Source: Savitreella phatthalungensis (taxonomy: Eukaryota). From it: a stretch of DNA of 64,000 nt. The stretch spans positions 496,001 through 560,000 of the forward strand of contig AP039693.1 in assembly GCA_051599415.1 (NCBI GenBank), given 5' to 3'. Positions 20,351 through 30,684 of this stretch are shown piece after piece (positions within the stretch are counted from its first letter, which is position 1; each line of letters begins with the position of its first letter). A program made the position numbers and the translations under genes. The notes below the pieces were generated by a model. It was not told where the DNA came from and made no database searches. It saw only the letters and a list, made by a program, of their open reading frames with translations.

Positions 20351-21835
20351 ATGCTGGTGTTCTGTATACTGGCGACCATGGGTGTGGTGGCCGCTCAGAG
20401 TTCAGGACAGCGCGTTGTGCCTGGACGTGCGCAAGGCACGATCGTCCAGGTGGGTCCTGGCTTAGCAGTGGTCGTACCGGCGGGAGGCGTCCTACAACAG
20501 CAGCAACAAGCGGCCTCACGAGGACGCCAGGAGATGGTGAATGCTTTGGTGGCCAGTGGGAAGCAGGCGATCGAGGCGGTCGTGAGAGCTACTGCGGCTG
20601 CGACCGAGGCTCGATTGATTCAGAATGGGTTTACCGCGGGCGCGACCGGGGCGGATGCCGGCGTGGGGATGCAGGCGGCGCAGCAGACGATGCAGCAGGT
20701 CCAATCAGTCCTGACGGCAGTGGCAGGAGCAGCCGCTCAGGCACCCAAGATCGGACCGGCTGACGTGCTCCTGGCACAGGCGCAGGTACAGCCACCCCAA
20801 CTCCAAGGGCAAGCGATGCAGCAGCAGCAGCAGCAGATGACCACGCAGGCTCAAGACCCTGGTCCGGGCCCAGTCACAAGCGCTATGCTGCTTGGGAACC
20901 CGGGAAACGCTACGCCTGCAAATGGAGCAGGGCAGCAGCAGATGACAGCCGCGGTGACTGGTGCTGCGGGTAGGCAGGATAAAAGTGCAGCTGGATCGCC
21001 AGGGTCGAAGCAGTCCCCCGGGTCTGTGGTGTCTGGTATGCCTGCGGCACCGGGGACGAAAGCGGATGTCAATGCCTCGACGGCTGGTTCGTCGGTGGGT
21101 GCGACGACGCCAGCCCTGATGGCCGATCAGCTTGCGCCGCTTCCGGCGCTCACTCTTCCACCTCTACCCAATACCACCACGACTACCACCACAACCACAA
21201 CCGCAGCTCCTGGAAAAAAGGCTGAAGAATTGGCAACTGCCTCCTTGAATACGACAATGACTGATGCAGGTGCTGCGGCGACAGCGCTACCGGGCGTGCT
21301 GAATACCACAGTCCAGACACCAACAATGCCAGCTCCAGGCGTGATGAACACGAACTCCACGGTCCCTGCAGCAATCAACATGACCAGCACGAAGGGCAGT
21401 CCAAAGTTGAGGAAGCGCGATGGTCCCAATGGGACGAATACGCCTGGCCATGTGCACCGGAAGCGCGATGGTCCCAATGGGACGAACACGCCAGGCCACA
21501 TGCACCGAAAACGGAGCCGTGTCGGGTCATTCGAGCGGGACGACCAGCAGCGTTCGGTGCCTGGCGGCGGGCCGCCTGCACCGACGGTGATGCCTGTGGC
21601 GATAGCAAAAGATGAGACGCAGCAGGAGGTTGAGTCTGAGCTGCTCGGAAGCTCGCCCGCCCGAATGCCACAGGCGTCGCCTGAGACTTCCAGTACACAG
21701 GCTTACACTGCCCGGCATGGAAACGCCACGCACAACTTCGCTCGCAAGAGTGACGCGACAGCGCTCTCGACAGTAGGAACGCCACCACACTTTGCCCTCG
21801 CCGTCGCCTGCCTGATAGCCGTCACAATGTTCTAG
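20351..21835 (+). CDS. Secreted, probably GPI-anchored low-complexity protein with Kex2-flanked tandem peptide repeats
   Basis: Signal-peptide-like MLVFCILATMGVVAA, Q/A/T/P-rich body with N-x-T sequons, RKR-DGPNGTNTPGHVH-RKR-DGPNGTNTPGHMH-RKR, and hydrophobic tail HFALAVACLIAVTMF. Confidence 0.75.
   Translation: MLVFCILATMGVVAAQSSGQRVVPGRAQGTIVQVGPGLAVVVPAGGVLQQQQQAASRGRQEMVNALVASGKQAIEAVVRATAAATEARLIQNGFTAGATGADAGVGMQAAQQTMQQVQSVLTAVAGAAAQAPKIGPADVLLAQAQVQPPQLQGQAMQQQQQQMTTQAQDPGPGPVTSAMLLGNPGNATPANGAGQQQMTAAVTGAAGRQDKSAAGSPGSKQSPGSVVSGMPAAPGTKADVNASTAGSSVGATTPALMADQLAPLPALTLPPLPNTTTTTTTTTTAAPGKKAEELATASLNTTMTDAGAAATALPGVLNTTVQTPTMPAPGVMNTNSTVPAAINMTSTKGSPKLRKRDGPNGTNTPGHVHRKRDGPNGTNTPGHMHRKRSRVGSFERDDQQRSVPGGGPPAPTVMPVAIAKDETQQEVESELLGSSPARMPQASPETSSTQAYTARHGNATHNFARKSDATALSTVGTPPHFALAVACLIAVTMF
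21411..21506 (+). repeat. 48-nt tandem duplication encoding the RKR-delimited 16-aa unit
   Basis: GGAAGCGCGATGGTCCCAATGGGACGAA at 21411 and again at 21459. Confidence 0.95.
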
Positions 21836-22509
21836 ATGTAACCCTTCTGCGCAAGCAGCTCGTCGAACGTATGCACCTCCTTTGTGTCGTCTTCTTTGTC
21901 TTCCGTCTTGGGAACTGTGGCCTCGGCCATTGGTTCGTCGTCAGCATCGTTTTCAATAGAGCCGGCAGCGGCTTTTGTGATGCGAGAGTATTTATTGATC
22001 AGTGTCTCTGCTTCGTCACATGCTTGTCCTATCTCATCCACTTCGCGACGTGATCTGGCGATTGATTGCTTGACCATGGCAATCAGGATTTCCCTCGTCT
22101 GTGTTGGTCGGTGGTTGTTGATGAGGTTGTGGAGGTTGAGAAGGAGCAGGCGGACTTGCTCGAGCTTCGCTGGAAAGGCTTCAGGGTCTACAGCCATCGT
22201 CTGGACGATATCCAGAAATTTGAGCAGGAGTGACCTCGCCAGTGACTTCGCATTCTCAGCTACGTCCACCCGATCATCGAACAGCTGCTCGATCCCAGAC
22301 TCTTGTAGAGAAGCTATCCGATCAACAACAGGCCAAGTCTGACCGAACAAGGTGTATGACTCCTTCGGGATCTGCGGTGGATGGAAGTAAGCGGCAGTTG
22401 TCTCATCGAGCTCGCCGGCTTTGTGTGCGGCCACATTCGCACTTGTGAAGAGTGTGTAGTGAGATGGAGGTGGCGGAAACGCGCCAGAGATATCCTGCGT
22501 ATCCGTCAT
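21832..22509 (-). CDS. MED7: Mediator subunit Med7
   Basis: AFPPPPSHYTLFT, PPQIP..YTLFG, LLLNLHNLINNHRPTQTREILI. Confidence 0.9.
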   Translation of the reverse strand: MTDTQDISGAFPPPPSHYTLFTSANVAAHKAGELDETTAAYFHPPQIPKESYTLFGQTWPVVDRIASLQESGIEQLFDDRVDVAENAKSLARSLLLKFLDIVQTMAVDPEAFPAKLEQVRLLLLNLHNLINNHRPTQTREILIAMVKQSIARSRREVDEIGQACDEAETLINKYSRITKAAAGSIENDADDEPMAEATVPKTEDKEDDTKEVHTFDELLAQKGYI

Positions 22510-22905
22510 GCTCCCTTGACTGTTTTCTTTGGTTACTAAATGACTTGTGCCGTCAAGCGAGAGAGTTCAAGCGTTTCTTTGCGTCTACTAAGCTTCATCC
22601 TCCTTGCTCAACGTATCGAGCATAGCAGATGTCATGTTTTCATGAGTCGTGCATCCAAATGGAAATTGTGGAGTATACAGTATACTGTACTTCGGCTTTA
22701 GTGCGTGCGTATGAATATGTGCATGGACAGATAGTGGTTCAAGCGGATTGACGTATTGTCACAGGCGCAGTAACGCACATCCAGGTCATTAAGAAACGCA
22801 AGCACAAGTGACAGTCTACAGAGAAGGTCGGGAAAGAAGGGACAAAGTACTCAGGCAACCGCAGACTGCTATACATAGGACGAGAGAGAAGAAGCCCTTG
22901 CAACG

Positions 22906-23787
22906 ATGCCGTCACCAGAGACGACGAAGCTCAAGGTTCACCTGAAGCTGTCCATCACAAGGCTGCGCAACCTGCAGCAGAAGAAGGTGGCTGTAGCGAA
23001 GCAGCAGCGCCGTGATCTAGCAGCTGTGATGGCGCAGGGGAAAGAGCAGAGCGCTCGGATTCGAGTTGAGAATATCATCCGGGAGGACATCAATGTAGAG
23101 CTGCTAGAGATCTTAGAGCTCTACTGCGAACTGCTGCTCGCACGGATAGGGCTGCTGGACAGTCGGGAGTGTGATCCAGGGCTGGAGGAGGCTGTGAAGT
23201 CTCTGATCTACGCTGCACCGAGGTCGGAAGTGAAGGAGTTACAGGTGCTGAGAGCCATGTTCTTGCACAAGTACGGGAAGGCGTTTGAGCAGGATGCAGC
23301 GGACAACAAGGATGACAAGGTGAATGCAAAAGTCGTGCTAAAACTCGGCGTCACTCCACCATCAGAAGCACTTGTCGACCGGTATCTGAAAGAGATTGCC
23401 AGGACGTATCATGTTGCATGGCAAGGGGGCGAGGAAGATAGCGACGGTGAGGATGAGGTCAGTACACATGGGCATGGTGGTGCAGGTGGTGGTGGAGGCA
23501 GCGGTGGCGGCGTCGGTGTGCCGGAGGTGGATGCAGATTTGCCAAACACGCCGGCAAAAGACCCGCTCCAGATTGTCAACGTCGCCTTGCCATCTCCGAC
23601 GACAGAGAACCCGAGACCGAGGCTACACATCCCACACGAAGCTATCAAGAACAAAGGTGCTGCGCTTTCGGGTGATCCACCTAGACCGAAGCCAGAAGTG
23701 GCAGCAGCGGCTGCGAAGAATGGCTCTGAAGATGACAACAGCTTCGAGGCAATCATGGCTAGATTCGAGAAGCTGAAGCGAGGATGA
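22906..23787 (+). CDS. IST1: ESCRT-III associated factor Ist1
   Basis: KLKVHLKLSITRL, ARIRVENIIRED..ELLEILELYCELLLAR, and C-terminal MIM-like FEAIMARFEKLKR. Confidence 0.93.
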   Translation: MPSPETTKLKVHLKLSITRLRNLQQKKVAVAKQQRRDLAAVMAQGKEQSARIRVENIIREDINVELLEILELYCELLLARIGLLDSRECDPGLEEAVKSLIYAAPRSEVKELQVLRAMFLHKYGKAFEQDAADNKDDKVNAKVVLKLGVTPPSEALVDRYLKEIARTYHVAWQGGEEDSDGEDEVSTHGHGGAGGGGGSGGGVGVPEVDADLPNTPAKDPLQIVNVALPSPTTENPRPRLHIPHEAIKNKGAALSGDPPRPKPEVAAAAAKNGSEDDNSFEAIMARFEKLKRG

Positions 23788-24899
23788 CGTTGATCTGTAG
23801 CTCAACATAGTCATGCCAGAAGGACCGATGGAAGATTGGAAGAGAATATTTATAGTATGTATATTACAGGATAGGAGACAAGCGAAAAAGACATGTAAAG
23901 GTGGGTTGGGGCAATACAACTGATGCAGAGTCATATGGGGTCTTCAGGACAATTACTCTGTCAATTGAATGCCTAATGCATATCTCCGTGTTCAAGCGTG
24001 ACCAAACAGTGTAGAGCGTCGTCTCGAATATGAGCTATAAATAGATCAGTGTGTCCCATGAGGACATAGGTGTACATATGAGCATTGAAAAAGGAAGGAT
24101 AAGGTTCAGGTCAACTGTCGGGTAAAGTAGACGAGTGACTCCGAAGGGATACCCTCCAGTTGTGGTGCTGACAGTAGAAGCCTACATTGACTTCAGATGA
24201 CATACAGACCATAGTCGGACTCTGACGAACTCTCTCAACTGTAAAACTCAACGTGTGCTGATCGTGTTTCAGCTAGTGTTTCGAGTCGAAAGCGAATGTA
24301 GTCTATTTATGGCACAAGACTGATGACAGTCAGAACGGAAAGAAGAATCTTGACCCGGCTGAATAGGAATTTATCTTTCATGTCATACCAGATACAGATT
24401 CTCAATACAGGAGTGATCCCAATCCCTGGAAATATTGATTCTGCCTTCACCTGCTCCTGAACACACATTGGATGAATTGAAGCGCAGCACAGGGGAATTG
24501 ATTAAATCTATAATATATATTTTTGTTAAACAACACTTCTAGTAAAAGAGCCTGACGGTGACAGTAAGGGAAAGTAATGTTAAATTTAGTTCTCCATAGA
24601 ATTTCCTAATGGGTCATTGGCTGTCTAGTAGTTGTTAAGGGAAGTATACTTCCATAGCGCAATCATCCAGCTCTTCTCTATACTCGACCCTGCATCGGGC
24701 TGATGACCTACCTACAGGGCAGAATAACATTCTACAAACCCTACTGAACAGTCTCCCTGCTCTTTCAACAACCTGATCAAGATACAGGTGCGCACGCTAT
24801 TGACTTACGCGCGCAGATCGGAATTACACACTCTGATCATCAGAACAAGTCAACGAAGTCATCTATTCAAAACGCGCGTTAGTCTCCAAAGCGTCCATC

Positions 24900-25445
24900 A
24901 TGCAGTCACAGATCAGGGAGGTGATGCACCAGTCACACCCTTCCACTGCCACCATCAATTCAAGCATCCCTCCGGGCCATGGCGAACCACAGTATCTAGA
25001 CAGTCAATCTGCGTACAACTATCATGCATCTCCCATGGCCAACGACGGATTTAACGGTAGCTCTATGGCACTTAACGGTGGAGGCCCGCAGGGTTCATCT
25101 GCCAAGCGCCCTTCCACGTTTAAGCAATTTAGCTCACGCTTTTCCACAGCCTCGTTTGGGGGACACAGCAGCAGCATGGCAGACGGCTCAGGAGGCCGAT
25201 ACCTTACAGAGCAGCAGCGGATTAAGAAGGACGAGATGGCGATGCACCACCTGCAGCGTGGCTGGCTCGACCGCGCGCGTCAGCACAAGAACTTTGAGAT
25301 CATAGTCTTCTCCGCGCTCATCTCCGCCATGCTCCTCGTCATCTTCCTCGCAGCCATGATCTGGATCGGACTCGGCATCATCAAGACACACAAATATGCC
25401 ATCCTCCAGGCCAATGTCGGCATCGGCAGAACCTCACCACGATGA
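24900..25445 (+). CDS. Hypothetical single-pass membrane protein
   Basis: 181-aa ATG ORF with coding-like codon usage and a long hydrophobic stretch (IIVFSALISAMLLVIFLAAMIWIGLGII) near the C-terminus. Confidence 0.65.
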   Translation: MQSQIREVMHQSHPSTATINSSIPPGHGEPQYLDSQSAYNYHASPMANDGFNGSSMALNGGGPQGSSAKRPSTFKQFSSRFSTASFGGHSSSMADGSGGRYLTEQQRIKKDEMAMHHLQRGWLDRARQHKNFEIIVFSALISAMLLVIFLAAMIWIGLGIIKTHKYAILQANVGIGRTSPR

Positions 25446-25967
25446 ACACCTGAATTCCTCTTACTGGAGTGTCTCATTGTCACTCCCAAATAGCTTATGA
25501 CCCAACGACCTTCCTACCTTAGAGCACTTTGCTATGTAAACAGTATCGATATTGCTTGTCCAGACGCGTTTCTCCTATCCATGCACTTGACTTTTGTTCC
25601 GTGAGGTCTAAAGCTCATCACCCGAGCACGTGTACATCACTCGGCAATCTCACATACATCATTATAGCCAAGGGTCATTCATATGCATGCAGTTAATTGC
25701 ATGTAAATCTCACTGACAAATGCCCAATTCGGTCAGACTTTCATCCACCATATACCACATGACAGTGCAGCTGACCTGCAAACAGTATGACCAGGCGAGG
25801 AAGTAGATCATCAGAAAAGCACACGGACGAGCACATGTAGATTGCTCGATCACGCCTGAAAACATAGTCATCAGCATCAAACCACATCAGCAAGGCCACC
25901 CCATAGGCCGAAGTCACCAAACTGCCCATCGAAATGCTCGTCGTATAGCATCTAGTCGAATCTCAGC

Positions 25968-27239
25968 ATGTTACGGCGACTCTTGCGTCACCACAGACCT
26001 AATGCCAGCTACCGGATAGCCAGGCAAGCACATGTATGTCTGACTGCGTTCGGTCGACCGTACAGTCAGCAATCGTCCGGCCTCTCGACTGGCGACGAGA
26101 TCACCGGACAAGTCGAGGCATTCAGTGATCTGCCCAAAGATTTTGGTCTAAATCAGCATCTGAACATTGGCTCTGAGCTGAAAGATTCTCTCCGTGCTGT
26201 GCTCTGGCAGTTCAAGGCACCTATTCGATTCGCCTTTGCGTATGGCTCAGGTGTGTTCCCGCAGAAAGGTTACAATGCAAAAGCTGCCCGGCCAATGGTC
26301 GACTTCATCTTTGGCGTGTCATATGCAGATCACTTCCACTCAGTCAACCTCACGCACAATTTCAATCACTACTCTTTCTTGCGGAGATTCGGCTCGTCTG
26401 CCATCTCCCACGTTCAGCGAAAGTACGGAGCATCCGTCTATTTTAATCCGTACGTCGAGGTGAATGGGATGCACATCAAGTATGGCGTCGTCGCGATCGA
26501 GGACCTTTGTGAGGATCTGCAGCACTGGCAGACCTTGTACCTCGCAGGACGTATGCACAAGCCCGTCAAGATCCTGCGCGACCATCCGGGCGTTCGACTG
26601 GCGAATCAGCGCAATCTGTACTCCGCACTCCGGACAGCCTTGCTACTTCTGCCTGAAACGTTCAATGAGCATGACCTGTACACGACGATCGCCAAAATCT
26701 CATACCTCGGCGACCCGCGAATGGCATTCGGCGAGAATCCGAAGAAGGTTGAGAATATCGTCCGTGCTCAGCTGCCACACTTCCGCAGACTGTACTCGCC
26801 TTTCGTCGAGATCCTCCCGAACGTCACATTCACCACGGCCCCCGGGGCCGAGCACGCTAGTTCGGCAATGCTCCAACAGGACCTTGATCCACGCAGGCGT
26901 GGTAACATGGTCCGCCGATTGCCTTCTAACTTCAGGTCGCTTCTGTACCACCATTATCGACGAGCACATCCAAATGCTGACGAGAGCAGTTCAGCAGAGC
27001 CGGAGAACGACTCAAACACCACAGGCACAGCGTTCGATAGAGTGATAGCTCAGGATACTGACCTGCCGCTCCACGTCGCCTCTGCTATCCGCGCCACCGT
27101 CGCTTGGCCTTCCACCACACAGAGTATCAAGGGCATCTTAACTGCCGGTCCACTTAAATCATGGTCGTATGCTACGGAAAAGCTTAAGAAGGCACGAGCT
27201 GGCAGGACAGAATCGACTGAGAGTAAGAAGATCAGCTAA
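25968..27239 (+). CDS. TAM41: Mitochondrial phosphatidate cytidylyltransferase
   Basis: IRFAFAYGSGVFPQ, MVDFIFGV, VYFNPYV, LYLAGRMHKPV, SYLGDPRM..GENPKKVENIV, QSIKGILTAG. Confidence 0.95.
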   Translation: MLRRLLRHHRPNASYRIARQAHVCLTAFGRPYSQQSSGLSTGDEITGQVEAFSDLPKDFGLNQHLNIGSELKDSLRAVLWQFKAPIRFAFAYGSGVFPQKGYNAKAARPMVDFIFGVSYADHFHSVNLTHNFNHYSFLRRFGSSAISHVQRKYGASVYFNPYVEVNGMHIKYGVVAIEDLCEDLQHWQTLYLAGRMHKPVKILRDHPGVRLANQRNLYSALRTALLLLPETFNEHDLYTTIAKISYLGDPRMAFGENPKKVENIVRAQLPHFRRLYSPFVEILPNVTFTTAPGAEHASSAMLQQDLDPRRRGNMVRRLPSNFRSLLYHHYRRAHPNADESSSAEPENDSNTTGTAFDRVIAQDTDLPLHVASAIRATVAWPSTTQSIKGILTAGPLKSWSYATEKLKKARAGRTESTESKKIS

Positions 27240-27558
27240 ACCGACCGACCGATCACCATACTGTATAGCAATGTTTAGACCGCAATGGCGTAAAGCTGGG
27301 AGACGAGAGGAATATATGTTCCAATATATGTACGATAGATGGTTTACAGTTGCACGTGAAAAATACTTGGCGCTGATCAATTGATCAATCAATCTGGTTG
27401 ATACACCCAGCTGCGTCATCCTTGGCCACCTGGATCATCCTCCAACCTTGTCCTTTAACAATCTCCCCTCCCACACAGACACACTTTCTCTTTCTACGAC
27501 TTGACTGAGAGAGAGAGAGAGTAACGAGTGAGAGAGTGACAAAGACGATTCTTTCATC

Positions 27559-28866
27559 ATGGACTCGATCATGAACTTTGCGAAGAACCAGCTGCAAGAG
27601 CGGATGTCCAATCAAGGCGGCGGAAGCGGTGGCGGTAACAACAACAATCGGTACGACGACGACAATGACAATCGTCCTTCTTACGGCCAATCCTCACAGC
27701 CGAGCGGCGGGTACGGCCAGTCTACCAGCGTAAGCGAGGGTCAAAACTTCAACCAGCCTTCAACCTACCGTCCCCAGCAACAGCAGCAGCAACAATACGG
27801 TGGTGGTCGGGACGACTACGATCGTCCTACACACAACCAGTCACAGCAGCAGTACGGCGGTGGTCGGAACGACTACGATCGCCCTCAACAGCAAGGCGGT
27901 GGCGGCGGCGGCTACGGCCGCGAGGACAACTACGGTGACGAAGGCGGCAGACCTGGCAAGCACCACGGCGGTGCTGGTGGTCGTCGCAACGACGACGACG
28001 ACGACGAACGCAACGACTACGGCCGTCCTCAACACAACCAGCAACAGCAGCACCATGGCAGACCACCGCGTCGCGACGACGAGTACGACAACAATGACAA
28101 CAGCAGTACAGGCAACAACTACGGTCGTCGCAATGATGACTACGACCGTCCTCAGGGAGGTCGCAATGAGTACGACCGGCCACAAGGCGGAGGTCGTGAT
28201 GACTACAATCGCCCCCAGGGAGGTCGCAATGAGTACGACCGGCCACAAGGCGGAGGTCGGGACGACTATGGCCGTCAGGACTACTCTGACAACGGCGGCC
28301 GATATGACGGTCGACCTGGTCAGCACTCCGGAATCCCTCCGTCCTCGGACTTTGGCGGAGCGCATGCGTATGCATCGAATGCCCGGCCAGACGACGATCC
28401 GCGGATGTACGAGCAAGCGATGTCACACGCGCAGGGCAACTACAGTGGCGGCGGCGGCAGGTTCGACGAGCAATCAGTCGTCCAAGCTCACCAGCAGGCA
28501 TCCCAAGGCCAGTTCTCAGGCATGTCGTCACAGGGACTCGGCGCTGCAGCTGCCATGTCTGCGCTCCAGTCACACCTCGGTGGCAGCGGCAGCGGTGGCA
28601 ACATCGGCTCCAGCGGAAATGCAGGACGTCCGACGTCGCAGAATGACTTCATCGGTATGGCCATGGCAGAGGCATCACGTCTCTTTGACAAGCAGCAGCA
28701 GCAAGGAGGAGGTGGTGGAAACACCGCAGCCAATAAGCAATCTGCCATCCAGGAAGCAGCAACCATGGCCATGAAGATGTACATGGGTGGTGGCTCAGGT
28801 GCCGGCGGCGCAGGTTCGTCAGGTGGCGCAGGCAATCTGATGTCCCTGGCAAGCAAGTTCTTCTAG
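27559..28866 (+). CDS. G/Q/N/D/Y-rich protein with a conserved C-terminal domain resembling the fungal beta-flanking protein family
   Basis: GGRDDYDRPQ-type repeats; C-terminal SSQGLGAAAAMSAL...FIGMAMAEASRLFD...KQSAIQEAATMAMKMY...LMSLASKFF. Confidence 0.7.
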   Translation: MDSIMNFAKNQLQERMSNQGGGSGGGNNNNRYDDDNDNRPSYGQSSQPSGGYGQSTSVSEGQNFNQPSTYRPQQQQQQQYGGGRDDYDRPTHNQSQQQYGGGRNDYDRPQQQGGGGGGYGREDNYGDEGGRPGKHHGGAGGRRNDDDDDERNDYGRPQHNQQQQHHGRPPRRDDEYDNNDNSSTGNNYGRRNDDYDRPQGGRNEYDRPQGGGRDDYNRPQGGRNEYDRPQGGGRDDYGRQDYSDNGGRYDGRPGQHSGIPPSSDFGGAHAYASNARPDDDPRMYEQAMSHAQGNYSGGGGRFDEQSVVQAHQQASQGQFSGMSSQGLGAAAAMSALQSHLGGSGSGGNIGSSGNAGRPTSQNDFIGMAMAEASRLFDKQQQQGGGGGNTAANKQSAIQEAATMAMKMYMGGGSGAGGAGSSGGAGNLMSLASKFF

Positions 28867-28981
28867 TTCCTATTATGAACACACACCTCCGTACACACAC
28901 CAGCAAGGTAGCGTCGTCAATCATTCATTACTTCGTGACAGAAAGAAAGCGGGACGATACACCGCCCGTGATGGACGGTGT

Positions 28982-29416
28982 TCAATCGAGCTTATCGAGT
29001 TCAGCGATGCGTGTTTGAATGGTGCGCCGATTTGTCTCCTGGACTTCGCCTGCAAGGAAGCATTCATCAAGAATAGCGTAGACCTTGTAGAAGTTGAAGA
29101 CGAGATCGAGCTCGCAAACATTTCCGAAGAACCCATCGAGCACCTCGACAAACAGGTGAATGTTTTCCAACCAAGCCAGCGGATTATCCTCCTTGTCCAC
29201 GCACGCGCAGAAATATAGGCCAGCGTACCGCCGATACACCACCCTCAGCGCACCATATGCCACGAAATTAGACTGATGACGCGTGTCGCGACCAGCCACC
29301 AGACGGTGAACTTCTCCTTTTATACGGTTCTTGTCACCGTCCTCATGCGCGTCCCACCACTTAGCCAACCGCGTCTTGCCCTGTCGATTCTGTATCAGGA
29401 AGAAGTGCAATCCCAT
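28982..29416 (-). CDS. APS2: AP-2 adaptor complex sigma subunit
   Basis: LIQNRQGKTRLAKW, VVYRRYAGLYFC, FFGNVCELDLVFNFYKVYAILDECFLAGE. Confidence 0.93.
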   Translation of the reverse strand: MGLHFFLIQNRQGKTRLAKWWDAHEDGDKNRIKGEVHRLVAGRDTRHQSNFVAYGALRVVYRRYAGLYFCACVDKEDNPLAWLENIHLFVEVLDGFFGNVCELDLVFNFYKVYAILDECFLAGEVQETNRRTIQTRIAELDKLD

Positions 29417-29766
29417 GACAGCCAGACTCCACCACCGCTACCTCAACCACGGAAGCGCCGTCTCGACCCAGCCGACGGAGAGGTCCGTTGTCGAGTCCAC
29501 TTGACGCCAAAATGACACTCCACGTAGGCTGAAGACAGGTCTCACGTGTATCGCCACATCTCTCGTGTTTGCGCCACAAATTCGAATTCTCATCGCCGTG
29601 TGCGGGAAGCAGGACAGCAAGCAAGCAAGCGAGCGAGCGAGCATGCACACCAGCTATCGATTGCAAGCTCTCTCTGTCTCTCCAAACTGTCTCTCCGGAT
29701 CTCTATCCTTCTAGAGAAAGTTTGACCTGATCTGTTGTCGCATCATAGGCATATTCCCGGTCCAGC

Positions 29767-30118
29767 ATGTCAGACTGGGGCTACAAGCACAAGTCGTACG
29801 ATGTGGTGAGCTACGACGACATTGACATCACAGATCGCGCGGCCCTGATGAAGGCGCGTGAGTCGACATTGCGTGAGCAGTGGGTCAAGGTGGCAGAACA
29901 GCGTCTCGTCAGAGAAGAACTGTCAAAGTGCTACCGCGCAGAAGGCGTCAACCACTACAAGAACTGCAAGCATCTCGCAGAGTGTAAGCATTACCTTGCC
30001 CCTTCCATATCTTTCACAGTTCACTGACATCGAGACAATAGTCTACCTCAACATGCTCAAGGAGAACAAGCACGTCACAGGATACGCCTTCCAAGAACGC
30101 GCAGACCCAAATGCATAA
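29767..30118 (+). CDS. NDUFB10: NADH:ubiquinone oxidoreductase subunit NDUFB10 (12 kDa/NIDM-like), two exons (29767-29983, 30042-30118)
   Basis: LREQWVK..RLVREELSKCYRAEGVNHYKNCKHLAE; a 58-nt intron GTAAGC..CTGAC..TAG restores FYLNMLKENKHVTGY. Confidence 0.88.
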
Positions 30119-30684
30119 ATCCACACACCATGCGCGACATCAGGCTGCTCTTAATCTCGACCCGAACTGTAGAATCGTCGTCTGCTTATCTTTGGATCGG
30201 ACGTCATAGGATCAAAGATCAGGCCAACGGTCTGGATTACCCGATGCCGGCGTGGGCTTTTACAATGTACAGACAATCAAACAATCACATCTTATCTCTT
30301 CAAATGATTGATAGCGCAGTGATGCGCAGGGACTCTCCCCGTAGAGGGTTTCGTCGGCTGGAAAGCGATCGCCGTGACGTATGTCTTGGACTCTCTGACC
30401 CTGAGGGACCCTTCCGGTGTGCGTGTATCCAGTACTTTGTCTCCTTTTCGCAATATCAAGGTCCATCTCCAGCTAACCTTGCTTCCAAGTCTGATGCTGT
30501 GTGGTGACGAAAACAGAATTAGAAAACAGAAAGCGAGTGACATGCCGCGTAATTAATTGACGCAACACGCAACCTACATCACGGTATACGTACTCGACCT
30601 CTTGAAAGCAATCCCTACCTCGACCCGTGAACATTCAGATCTATCGACGATTCCAAGGCTGCTTCACATCACATAGACATACCC

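Noticed and set aside
24078..24192. Short ATG ORF with a possible GTAAAG..CTGAC..AG intron downstream of a TATAAA
   Set aside because: The spliced product is under 20 aa with no recognisable features; cannot be supported.
25810..25880. Possible C/D snoRNA on the minus strand (TGATGA...GTCCGTGT...CTGA, U18-like)
   Set aside because: Only about 8 nt of rRNA complementarity, not adjacent to box D; no convincing terminal stem.
27800..28774. 324-aa alternative-frame ORF and antisense ORFs over the G/Q/N-rich gene
   Set aside because: Shadow frames produced by repetitive GAC/TAC/GGC codon usage; T/V/A-rich translations with no protein signature.
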